A stretch of 39,178 nt of DNA from Deltaproteobacteria bacterium (lineage in GTDB: Bacteria; Desulfobacterota; Deferrimicrobia; Deferrimicrobiales; Deferrimicrobiaceae). Each line of letters starts with the position of its first letter. The first letter of the stretch is position 1. A program made the position numbers and the translations under genes. The stretch is taken from positions 1-39,178 of the forward strand of contig DAOUUI010000003.1 of NCBI GenBank assembly GCA_030668225.1, read 5' to 3'. Shown in pieces: positions 11,257-20,801 of the stretch. The notes beneath the pieces are model-generated. The model was not told the DNA's origin and made no database searches. It saw nothing but the letters and a program-made list of their open reading frames with translations.

Positions 11257-11604
11257 ATGACGGACGAATGTGTTTTCTGCAGGATCATCCGGAAGGAGGT
11301 TCCGTCGCAACCGATTCACGAGGACCACGATCTGATTGCCTTCCCGGACAAAGACCCCGTGGCACCGGTCCACGTGCTTGTCGTCCCCAAGGAGCACATG
11401 GTCAATCTGAATGAAGCGGGGATCAAGGACGTGCCGGTTCTGGGCAAGATGCTCCGGCTCGCCGCCAGGATCGCCAACGAGATGGGAGTGGCGGAATCCG
11501 GGTATCGGGTGGTGATCAACAACGGGGACGACGGCGGACAGGTCGTTCCCCACCTGCACCTTCACCTGATCGGGGGCAAAGGACTAGGGGCTAAACTGGG
11601 GTGA
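11257..11604 (+). CDS. HIT family (HinT-like) nucleotide hydrolase
   Basis: CVFC N-terminus, PVHVLVVPKEH, GQVVPHLHLHLIGG (HxHxH motif). Confidence 0.93.
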   Translation: MTDECVFCRIIRKEVPSQPIHEDHDLIAFPDKDPVAPVHVLVVPKEHMVNLNEAGIKDVPVLGKMLRLAARIANEMGVAESGYRVVINNGDDGGQVVPHLHLHLIGGKGLGAKLG

Positions 11605-11634
11605 GCCTTCCCCGGGATGTGGACGGGGATTTCC

Positions 11635-11662
11635 TTGACTTTCCGGGGAAATCCGGTAGTCT
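11635..11662 (+). promoter_or_regulatory. Putative sigma70 promoter of the rpsU-yqeY-dnaG-rpoD operon
   Basis: TTGACT 11635-11640, 16 nt, TAGTCT 11657-11662 (TATTAT also at 11662-11667). Confidence 0.55.
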
Positions 11663-11707
11663 ATTATGTTTTCGGAATAGCACCGAGGGGGAAGGGGTGA
11701 TCGCAAT

Positions 11708-11905
11708 ATGCCGGGCGTCCGGGTAAAGGAAGAGGAGCCCTTTGAAAGCGTTCTGAAAAGATTCAAGAAACAGTGTGAAAAGGCTGGAATCCTTTCCGAA
11801 ATCCGCAAGCGGGAGCATTACGAAAAGCCGAGCGTGAAGCGTAAGAAAAAAGCTCTTGCTGCGAGAAAACGCGCGTTGAAGAAAATGAGAAAAACGAGAA
11901 CGTGA
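11708..11905 (+). CDS. rpsU: 30S ribosomal protein S21
   Basis: [20 protein letters not shown]; 65 aa. Confidence 0.98.
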   Translation: MPGVRVKEEEPFESVLKRFKKQCEKAGILSEIRKREHYEKPSVKRKKKALAARKRALKKMRKTRT

Positions 11906-11908
11906 CAG

Positions 11909-12355
11909 ATGGAGCTTAAGGAACGGATCCGGGGGGATATGCAGAAGGCGGCCAAGGAGAGAAACTCCTTGGCCCTTTCTGCTTTGCGGATGGCGTTGGC
12001 CGCGATCAAGAACAAGGAGATCGAGACGCGAGAGGAGATCGGGGACGATACGGTCTTCAAGGTGCTTGCCACCATGGTGAAGCAGCGAAGAGAATCGATC
12101 GACCTCTACCGGCGGGGAGAGAGGGGCGACCTCGCCGATAAGGAAGCGGCGGAGATCACCGTTCTCGAGGTGTACCTGCCCAAGCCGCTCGCGGATGTCG
12201 AGGTCGAATCCCTTGTGCGCGAGGCCATCGCGGCGGTCGGGGCGAGTTCCCCCGCGGACATGGGTCGCGTCATGAAGGAGTTGATGCCGAAGGTGGCGGG
12301 ACGCGCCGACGGCAAGACGGTGAACGAGATCGTCCGGCGCCTGCTTACCGGGTAG
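11909..12355 (+). CDS. yqeY: GatB/YqeY domain protein
   Basis: KQRRESI, EITVLEVYLP, DMGRVM, GRADG; classic position after rpsU. Confidence 0.93.
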   Translation: MELKERIRGDMQKAAKERNSLALSALRMALAAIKNKEIETREEIGDDTVFKVLATMVKQRRESIDLYRRGERGDLADKEAAEITVLEVYLPKPLADVEVESLVREAIAAVGASSPADMGRVMKELMPKVAGRADGKTVNEIVRRLLTG

Positions 12356-12376
12356 CAGGCGGAAGAGAACGGTTGT

Positions 12377-12407
12377 TCCCTGGCGTTTGGGGCGCCAGGG
12401 ATTTTTT
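12377..12407 (+). terminator. Intrinsic terminator between yqeY and dnaG
   Basis: TCCCTGGCGT-ttggg-GCGCCAGGGA stem (10 bp with one G-U) followed by TTTTTT. Confidence 0.8.
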
Positions 12408-12437
12408 CCGACCAGAGAGAGTGAGGCCAGACCAGAC

Positions 12438-14204
12438 TTGGGTGGGCGTATCTCGGAAAGCACGCTGCGCGAGATACGGGACAGAGCGGACATCGTCGAG
12501 GTGGTATCCGATACCGTTCGCCTATCGCGGAGTGGGGCAAGTTTCCGGGGCCTTTGCCCGTTCCACCGGGAAAAGACTCCCTCCTTCTTCGTCCATCCGG
12601 CAAAACAGATCTTTCATTGCTTCGGATGCGGGGAGGGGGGATCGGTTTTCCATTTCCTGATGAAGGTCCGTAGCCTGTCTTTTGCAGAGTCGGTGGAGGA
12701 TTTAGGCGACCGCTACGGAGTTCCGATCCGGTACGAGCGAGGGGTGGCCCCGGAGCGTCCGGAGGAGGATCTGTACCGTATCCTCCAGGGCGCATCCGAA
12801 ACGTACCGCGAACTCCTGAGGTCGTCCCCCGCCGGGAAGGGCGCCCGGGATTTTCTCCGGCGGAGAGGGATAACGCCGGAGGCGGAACAGGAATACTTCC
12901 TCGGGTACGGCGGAAGGGGGAAAGACCTCCTCGATGCCCTCGAACGAAAGGGGATCGAGCTGTCCCGGGCGGAGGCGGCGGGCCTTCTCCTCTCCCGCGA
13001 GGGCGGCGGGTACCGGGAGCGATTCCGGGGGAGGGTGATCTTTCCCATCGCGGACGCGAGGGGGAGGGTTTGCGGTTTCGGTGCCCGGGCGATCGACGAT
13101 GCCCTCCCCAAGTACCTTAACTCCCCGGATTCAAAGATGTATCGCAAGAGTTCCATCCTGTACGGACTCCACCAGGCGCTTCCGGCGATCCGCAGGGAGC
13201 AGAAGGTCCTGGTGGTCGAGGGGTACACGGATCTGATCGGGATGTGGCAAACCGGGGTGAAAAACATCGTCGCGACGTGCGGCACCTCCCTCACCGAGAG
13301 TCATGCCCGTCTCATGAAGCGAATGACGGAGGATGTCATCCTATTGTTTGACGGGGACATAGCCGGGAAACGTTCGGCGGTGCGGGCGGGAGGACCTCTG
13401 TATGCGGCGGGAATCAGCCCCCGCGTCCTCTTTCCCCCCAAGGGGTTGGACCCGGACGATTGGGCGAAGGAAGCATCTCCCGAGGAACTGTCCGGCAGGA
13501 TCGACCGGGCGATCCCCCTGATGGAGTACATCGAGAGGGCGGCGACTCGAAAATACGATCTTTCCCAGATCTCAGGAAAGCTTTCGTATCTGCAGTTGAT
13601 GGGAAAGTATCTGCCGTGGATCACCGACCCTGCCGAGGAGAGGATGTACGTTCAGCGGGTGGCGAAGGCGGCCGCACTGCCCGAGGAGACGGTGCTCGAC
13701 CGGCTACGGGGGAAAAAACTCGTTGCCCCGCCTGCAGCGCCCGGGATGCCTCCGCGGGCTTCCTCGCCCCGGCCGGAGGAGGACATGCTGCTGGGATTGC
13801 TCTCCATGGACCCCTCCCTCCTCGAGGACATCCGGCAGGACGGGGTGGAGAGTTTGCTGGAAGGGGAGGCGACACGCGATGTGGTGGCAAGGCTTGGCCG
13901 TCTTTCGCCTTCGGGAGAGAGCCCCGATATCCTGTCGTTCCTGAACGAGGCGGAAGGGGAGGAGGTCCGGCGAACCCTTTCCGAGCAGATGCTTCGGGCG
14001 GATGCGTCTCCCGGGGAGGCGAGGCGGATCTATCCAGAGGTGGTGCTGGGCCTGCGGATCCGGAAGGCGCGAAACGAACTCGTCCGTCTCCGCGACGAGA
14101 TCCATGCTGCGCAGGGGGAAACGGCGCAGGCGTTGTTCACGAGGATGCTCGACGTGCGCAACGAACTGGAACAGCTCGAAAAGCTAAGAAGAACCCGAAG
14201 ATGA
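12438..14204 (+). CDS. dnaG: DNA primase
   Basis: CPFH..KTPSF..CFGC Zn-binding domain, PKYLNSP, VVEGYTD, FDGD TOPRIM, DPDD. Likely TTG start at 12438, because the ORF-track start lies in the terminator. Confidence 0.96.
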   Translation: MGGRISESTLREIRDRADIVEVVSDTVRLSRSGASFRGLCPFHREKTPSFFVHPAKQIFHCFGCGEGGSVFHFLMKVRSLSFAESVEDLGDRYGVPIRYERGVAPERPEEDLYRILQGASETYRELLRSSPAGKGARDFLRRRGITPEAEQEYFLGYGGRGKDLLDALERKGIELSRAEAAGLLLSREGGGYRERFRGRVIFPIADARGRVCGFGARAIDDALPKYLNSPDSKMYRKSSILYGLHQALPAIRREQKVLVVEGYTDLIGMWQTGVKNIVATCGTSLTESHARLMKRMTEDVILLFDGDIAGKRSAVRAGGPLYAAGISPRVLFPPKGLDPDDWAKEASPEELSGRIDRAIPLMEYIERAATRKYDLSQISGKLSYLQLMGKYLPWITDPAEERMYVQRVAKAAALPEETVLDRLRGKKLVAPPAAPGMPPRASSPRPEEDMLLGLLSMDPSLLEDIRQDGVESLLEGEATRDVVARLGRLSPSGESPDILSFLNEAEGEEVRRTLSEQMLRADASPGEARRIYPEVVLGLRIRKARNELVRLRDEIHAAQGETAQALFTRMLDVRNELEQLEKLRRTRR

Positions 14205-14216
14205 GGTGATGGAGAT

Positions 14217-15983
<1,767 letters not shown>

Positions 15984-16023
15984 AGAGAGGGAGGTTGTCC
16001 CCTTAAAGATGACGGGATCCGGA

Positions 16024-16053
16024 TTGACAAAGCACCCGTTTCCCGGGGAAAAT
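16024..16053 (+). promoter_or_regulatory. Putative sigma70 promoter for the tRNA and downstream genes
   Basis: TTGACA 16024-16029, 18-nt spacer, GAAAAT 16048-16053. Confidence 0.6.
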
Positions 16054-16081
16054 GAGAAATCCGATCCTGGTAAGGGATTAC

Positions 16082-16158
16082 GGGCCCATAGCTCAGTTGG
16101 TCAGAGCCACCGGCTCATAACCGGTCGGTCCCTGGTTCGAGGCCAGGTGGGCCCACCA
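16082..16158 (+). tRNA. tRNA with CAT anticodon, most likely tRNA-Ile2 (lysidine, reads AUA)
   Basis: Cloverleaf: GGGCCCA/TGGGCCC acceptor stem, GCTC/GAGC D-stem, ACCGG-CTCATAA-CCGGT, CCTGG-TTCGAGG-CCAGG, encoded CCA. G1-C72 is paired and the anticodon stem lacks three G-C pairs, so it is not an initiator. It resembles Ile2 tRNAs and lies after rpoD like E. coli ileX. Confidence 0.93.
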
Positions 16159-16215
16159 AAATATAGCTATGCCACGTGAAAGGTCGACGATCCGGATAGC
16201 GGGAATGGGGGCGGT

Positions 16216-17382
16216 GTGACCCCCCCGGGGGGCACATCTTCCGCACCCGCCGTTACGGTGGGTGACGTCTGGAAGGCGCTCGACGACGAGTTTCCGTTTG
16301 CCCACCGGGCAGACTGGGACAACGTGGGAATTCTCCTGGGGGACTCGAATGCTCCTGCGACGAGGGTGGTGATCGCGCTGGACGCCACTCCCGCGGTCGT
16401 GGCGGCATGCCGGCGCCACAAGGCCGATCTTCTCGTCACACACCACCCGGTGATCTATTCGCCGCTCAAGTCGATCCGGGCAGACCAGGCCGCCTCCGCC
16501 GCCGTCTACGAGCTGGTCCGGATGGGGTTGGCGGTCATCTCCGCCCACACGAATGCCGACGTCGCGCCGAAGGGGGTGTCCCACGCCCTCGCGCGCAGGA
16601 TCGGCCTGCAGAAGATCCGCCCCCTCATCCCCGGCGAGCCGTCCGACGCGTGCAAGGTCGTGGTGTTCGTACCCCCCGACCGCGCCGACGATGTCCTTGC
16701 CGCGCTGTCGGAGGCGGGGGGAGGCCGAATCGGCCATTACACCCGGTGCTCGTTCCGGACCGTCGGGACGGGAACGTTTTTTCCCGCGGAGGGGGCGAAT
16801 CCGTTTCTGGGCAGACCGGGAAGCGAGGAGAGGGTGGAGGAGGTCCGGCTCGAATCGGTCGTGGCGGCGAACCTTCTTACGGGGGTGCTCAAGGGCGTTC
16901 GGGATGCCCATCCTTACGAGGAGCCGGCGATCGACGTCTATCCGCTCAAGGGGGGGGCTCTCGGAGGCGGGATCGGGGCTGTGGGGAACAGGCTGCGGGA
17001 GGCCCCTCTCGCGGAAGTCCTGGAAGACGTGTACAGGGCCGTGCGGCCATCCTGGATCAAGGTGGCGGGTCCGCAGAAGAGGCGTGTCCGCAAGATCGCG
17101 GTGGTGGCGGGGAGCGGTTCGGAGTTCGCGGAGGCGGCGAGGGCCGCGGGAGCCGACCTTTTCCTCACGGCGGACGTCAAGTATCACCAGGCGCTCGAGG
17201 CGTCCTCCGGAGAGATGACGGTGGCGGACATCGGGCACGGATCGGGGGAGAAGTGGATCCTCCCGGAATTCCGACGCGTGATTTCCGCGCGGTTCGGCAA
17301 AAGGGTCTTTCCCCGCGTGGTCATGGAGAACGAGCCATTGCGGGCGTACAGGCCGAAGGAGACAGGAGGGACGAAGCGTTGA
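16216..17382 (+). CDS. Nif3/DUF34 dinuclear metal-centre protein, long form with PII-like insert
   Basis: WDNVG, THHP, SAHTNAD, KVVVFVP...HPYEEPA insert, TADVKYH, DIGH; exact start uncertain. Confidence 0.92.
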   Translation: MTPPGGTSSAPAVTVGDVWKALDDEFPFAHRADWDNVGILLGDSNAPATRVVIALDATPAVVAACRRHKADLLVTHHPVIYSPLKSIRADQAASAAVYELVRMGLAVISAHTNADVAPKGVSHALARRIGLQKIRPLIPGEPSDACKVVVFVPPDRADDVLAALSEAGGGRIGHYTRCSFRTVGTGTFFPAEGANPFLGRPGSEERVEEVRLESVVAANLLTGVLKGVRDAHPYEEPAIDVYPLKGGALGGGIGAVGNRLREAPLAEVLEDVYRAVRPSWIKVAGPQKRRVRKIAVVAGSGSEFAEAARAAGADLFLTADVKYHQALEASSGEMTVADIGHGSGEKWILPEFRRVISARFGKRVFPRVVMENEPLRAYRPKETGGTKR

Positions 17383-18110
17383 TGAAGAACGTGAAGGTTC
17401 TGCTCGACCTGCAGGAGGCCATGAACAGCTCCAGGATGGTCGAAAGGGAGAAGCATAAAGTTCCGCTCGAGGTGGCTGACCTGAAGAATCTTTTCGAGGA
17501 GAGGGAGACGAAGTTTCTCGCAACGAAGCAGGAGTTCGAACAGCTTCAGATGGAGAAGAGGGAGAAGGAACGGGAGATCGAGGAGGAGAGGGAGAAGGTC
17601 GAAAGAGCCAAGGCGAAGCTGATGTCGATCAAGACCAATAACGAAGACTCCGCGATGCTCACAGAGATCGAAGGAACGAAGCGGACCAATACAGTCCGTG
17701 AAGATGAGCTTCTCGCGGTGCTTGCGCGGGACGAGGAAGTGGAAAAGCGGCTCGCCGAGCTGTCGGCGGAAGTCGAGGAGTTGGGTGGCCGCTACCGCGA
17801 ACGCATGGTGGACATCGAGGCGAGAATGGCGAAGTTCGACAAGGACATCTCCCGGCTCCAGGCGAAGAAGAGCGAAGTGGCGGCGAGTCTGGACAAGGGT
17901 CTCGCCAGGAGGTTCGAGATGATCTTCGACCGGCGTGGCGGAGTTGCCATTGTGCCTGCGCGAAACCAGTCCTGCACGGGATGCCATATGAACATTTCCC
18001 ACCAGCTTTTTATTCTCCTCCAGCGCGAGGAAAGGATCTACTCCTGCCCCAACTGCAACCGGATCATCTACTTCGAGGGGGACGTGGCGGAGGAGCAGGC
18101 CGGAGGATGA
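17382..18110 (+). CDS. Coiled-coil plus C4 zinc-ribbon protein (DUF164 / CT398 / HP0958-like)
   Basis: Long E/K-rich coiled coil, then CTGC...CPNCNRIIY; AGGAGG SD; start overlaps the nif3 stop (TTG 17379 is an alternative). Confidence 0.9.
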   Translation: MKNVKVLLDLQEAMNSSRMVEREKHKVPLEVADLKNLFEERETKFLATKQEFEQLQMEKREKEREIEEEREKVERAKAKLMSIKTNNEDSAMLTEIEGTKRTNTVREDELLAVLARDEEVEKRLAELSAEVEELGGRYRERMVDIEARMAKFDKDISRLQAKKSEVAASLDKGLARRFEMIFDRRGGVAIVPARNQSCTGCHMNISHQLFILLQREERIYSCPNCNRIIYFEGDVAEEQAGG

Positions 18111-18526
18111 AGAAAAGGGCGGTTACGGTCCGCAGCGACGGCGCAAGCAGGGGGAATCCCGGCCCGTCCGGGATCGGCGTAGTGCTCGAGGTGGACGGAG
18201 AGGACTGCCCGATCGAACGGTTCGAGTACATCGGGGAAGCGACCAACAACGTTGCCGAATACCGCGCTCTCCTGCTGGGCCTTTCGGAAGCGGAGAAGCT
18301 TTCCCCCTCTTCCTTGACGATCCTGTCCGACTCGGAACTGATCGTCCGGCAGCTGAATGCCGAATATCGAGTGAAATCGGATCTTTTGAAACCCCTCTAT
18401 TACGAGGCCTGCCGGCGTTTGCGCAGATTTCCCGGGACGCGTATACTGCATATAGATCGCGGGGAGAACCAGGCCGCGGACCGGCTTGCGAACCGTGCGA
18501 TCGACGCTCATTTCCAGAAGGCTTGA
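18107..18526 (+). CDS. rnhA: Ribonuclease HI (short type, no basic protrusion)
   Basis: DGASRGNPG, TNNVAEY, SDSELIVRQ, ENQAADRLAN (D-E-D-D); ATGA overlap with the upstream gene. Confidence 0.92.
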   Translation: MKKRAVTVRSDGASRGNPGPSGIGVVLEVDGEDCPIERFEYIGEATNNVAEYRALLLGLSEAEKLSPSSLTILSDSELIVRQLNAEYRVKSDLLKPLYYEACRRLRRFPGTRILHIDRGENQAADRLANRAIDAHFQKA

Positions 18527-18927
18527 GGAGGCCAAGCGGCCGCCGGCCCCCCGGAGCGAAAGCGTTGGGGGGCGGGAGGAAAGTCCGGGCTCCGCAGGGC
18601 AGGGTGCCGGGTAATCCCCGGTGGGGGCGACCCCGAGGACAGCGCCACAGAAAAGACACCGCCATCCGGCGGCAATAAGCCGGGCGGCAAGGGTGAAAAG
18701 GTGAGGTAAGAGCTCACCGCGCGCCGGGCGACCGGAGCGGCACGGCAAACCCCACCCGGAGCAAGACCGAATAGGAGGGCAACTCCGCGGAACGCATGCG
18801 GGGGAAGGGCGGCCCGCCCGGAGCCCTCGGGTCAAGGTCGCTGGAGACGGGCGGCAACGTCCGTCCTAGAGAAATGGCCGTAACGCGGCATCAAAACCGC
18901 GCACAGAACCCGGCTTACGGCCTCCTC
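18525..18927 (+). ncRNA. rnpB: RNase P RNA, bacterial type A
   Basis: GAGGAAAGTCCGGGC (18576-18590), CAGAAA..ACCGCC, GGGTGAAAAGGTGAGGTAAGAGC, GGCAAACCCC..GGAGCAAG, TAGAGAAATG, ACAGAACCCGGCTTA (18903-18917); P1 GAGGAGGCC/GGCCTCCTC. Confidence 0.97.
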
Positions 18928-19019
18928 AAGCCTTTTTCCCCTGCCATAATGACCGTCTTCCCTGTGGTAGAACGTGTTTTTGCTCGATTTCTTCGGATCC
19001 GTCTTTCTTATATTAATGC

Positions 19020-19047
19020 TTGACACGTATTCACCGTTCTATAAAAT
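19020..19047 (+). promoter_or_regulatory. Sigma70 promoter of the dcw cluster (Pmra)
   Basis: TTGACA 19020-19025, 16 nt, TAAAAT 19042-19047; AT-rich UP-like tract upstream. Confidence 0.75.
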
Positions 19048-19055
19048 GGCCGCTA

Positions 19056-19080
19056 GTGGGTAAATGTGGGGAAAGGTGGG
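19056..19080 (+). promoter_or_regulatory. MraZ-binding direct repeats
   Basis: GTGGG x3 at 19056, 19066 and 19076, exact 10-bp period, between the promoter and mraZ. Confidence 0.88.
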
Positions 19081-19093
19081 TTAGGCGGCCTAC

Positions 19094-19549
19094 ATGATAT
19101 TTCGAGGACGGTTCGAATATACCATCGACCCCAAGGGAAGGGTGAATATCCCTGCCCGCTTCCGTGAGCAACTCTCCGAAACAGACATGGAACCCGTCGT
19201 AATCACCAATTACTCGGGGTGCATCTACGCCTATCCGTCCGCGGAATGGGAAAGGATTGAGGAAAAACTGGCGGCCAAGGTGTCGAGCGTCAACAAGAAG
19301 AAGAATGCCTTCGTGCGGTTCTTCGTGGGCGGGGCCGTCGAGGTGGTGCCCGACAAGCAGGGACGGATCCTGATCCCCCCGTCGCTTCGGTCCTACGCGG
19401 GTCTGGACCGGGACGTCGTCATCCTCGGCATGCCGAACCGGTTCGAGATCTGGGACCGGCAGAGATGGGATGTGGAAATGAGCAGGTTCGAGAAGGAAGG
19501 GTTCGAGGATCCCGAACTGTCCCGGGAGATCGATTCCCTGGGGATATAG
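19094..19549 (+). CDS. mraZ: Transcriptional regulator MraZ
   Basis: Two SpoVT-AbrB repeats DPKGR and DKQGR, FEIW. Confidence 0.97.
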   Translation: MIFRGRFEYTIDPKGRVNIPARFREQLSETDMEPVVITNYSGCIYAYPSAEWERIEEKLAAKVSSVNKKKNAFVRFFVGGAVEVVPDKQGRILIPPSLRSYAGLDRDVVILGMPNRFEIWDRQRWDVEMSRFEKEGFEDPELSREIDSLGI

Positions 19550-19552
19550 GGT

Positions 19553-20452
19553 GTGGCAAATGGCCATGTCCCCGTTCTTTTACAGGAGATTTTGGGAATG
19601 CTGGCCCCCGTTTCCGGAGAGGTGTTCCTCGATGGAACGGTGGGAGCGGGCGGGCACGCGGAAAAGATCGCGGAGCGGATAGGCCCGGAAGGCCTGCTCG
19701 TCTGCGCGGACGCCGACCCCACGATGCTAACGCTCGCATCGGAGCGTCTCCGCCGGTTCCCCCGGGCCGTAATGGTGCACGCCGACTTCGCCGACCTCGA
19801 GGTGCTGCGGGAGGCGTCGGGCGGGCGGATGTTCGACGGGATGCTGCTCGATCTGGGGTTGTCCTCCCCGCAGCTTTCCGATCCCTCCCGCGGGTTCTCG
19901 TTCCAGGGCGACGGCCCCCTGGACATGCGTCGGGATCCCGGGGCGGGCGGGACCACCGCACGGGAGATCCTTGGTCGTTCGACCGAAAGGGAGCTGGCGG
20001 ACATCTTCTTCCGGTTCGGGGAGGAGAGATTTTCGCGAAGGATCGCGCGAGCTCTCGTCACGCTGCGGCGGAAGGAGCCGGTAGAAAGCACCGCCCGGCT
20101 GGCCGACCTGGTCAAATCGGCCATTCCCCGGAAGGCGTGGCCGAGGAAGATCCACCCCGCGACGCGGGTGTTCCAGGCGCTTCGGATCGCCGTGAACCGG
20201 GAGCTTGAATCGCTCGCTGTTTTTCTTGACCGTTTTGCGTCGCATCTTGCGCCGGGGGGAAGGGTGGCCGTGATCAGTTTTCAATCGCTGGAGGATCGAA
20301 TGGTGAAGATCGCTTTCCGGACGCAGTCGACGGGACCGACGGCTGCGCTTCACGTGCTCACGCGCAAGCCGGTCGTCCCGGCAGAGACGGAAAGCAGGAG
20401 TAATCCGAGGGCCGCCAGTGCAAAGCTGCGTGTGGTCCGGAAAAACGTATAG
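19553..20452 (+). CDS. rsmH: 16S rRNA m4C1402 methyltransferase
   Basis: HVPVLL, DGTVGAGGH, DLGLSSPQL, RGFSF, PLDMR, FQALRIAVN. Confidence 0.96.
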   Translation: MANGHVPVLLQEILGMLAPVSGEVFLDGTVGAGGHAEKIAERIGPEGLLVCADADPTMLTLASERLRRFPRAVMVHADFADLEVLREASGGRMFDGMLLDLGLSSPQLSDPSRGFSFQGDGPLDMRRDPGAGGTTAREILGRSTERELADIFFRFGEERFSRRIARALVTLRRKEPVESTARLADLVKSAIPRKAWPRKIHPATRVFQALRIAVNRELESLAVFLDRFASHLAPGGRVAVISFQSLEDRMVKIAFRTQSTGPTAALHVLTRKPVVPAETESRSNPRAASAKLRVVRKNV

Positions 20453-20462
20453 GAGGGAAGGG

Positions 20463-20801
20463 ATGAGGAGAATCGTGATCGGAAACGGCATGGACATGAT
20501 CACCGAGATCCGGCGGGAGGCGCCCGTGTTCCCGTCCGGTTCCCGAAACCGGTGGACCATGGGACTGGCCATCCTGTTTCTCGCCGTGGCTCTGTTCACC
20601 GTCTGGCTGTCGGGGAAGTATTACGGGATCGGCTACGGCGTATCGGTGGCTCTTGAGGAGAAGCAGGTTCTCCAGAAAGAACATGCGCTTCTGAAGACGG
20701 AGATCCTGACGCTTCGGAGCCCCGCGCGCATCGAGGCGATCGCCAGGGGACAGCTTGGCATGGTGGAGACGAAGACGGAAAGGATCATCCGGGTGAAATG
20801 A
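20463..20801 (+). CDS. ftsL: Cell division protein FtsL
   Basis: Single TM segment, leucine-zipper-like coil, SPARIEAIARGQLGM; between rsmH and ftsI. Confidence 0.85.
   Translation: MRRIVIGNGMDMITEIRREAPVFPSGSRNRWTMGLAILFLAVALFTVWLSGKYYGIGYGVSVALEEKQVLQKEHALLKTEILTLRSPARIEAIARGQLGMVETKTERIIRVK

Noticed and set aside
16082-16215. tRNA as integration site, or as tRNA-Met/fMet
   Set aside because: No integrase or duplicated 3' end in the window; lacks initiator features and resembles Ile2, although elongator Met cannot be fully excluded by eye
16407-17381. Apparent 567-aa protein with a long N-terminal region on the Zn-ribbon gene
   Set aside because: The upstream part is an Arg/Gly-rich alternate frame of nif3; a proper SD and start exist at 17379/17382
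19056-19080. Short periodic repeats as CRISPR or iterons
   Set aside because: Only 5-nt units with 10-bp period; explained as the MraZ operator, with no cas or rep genes
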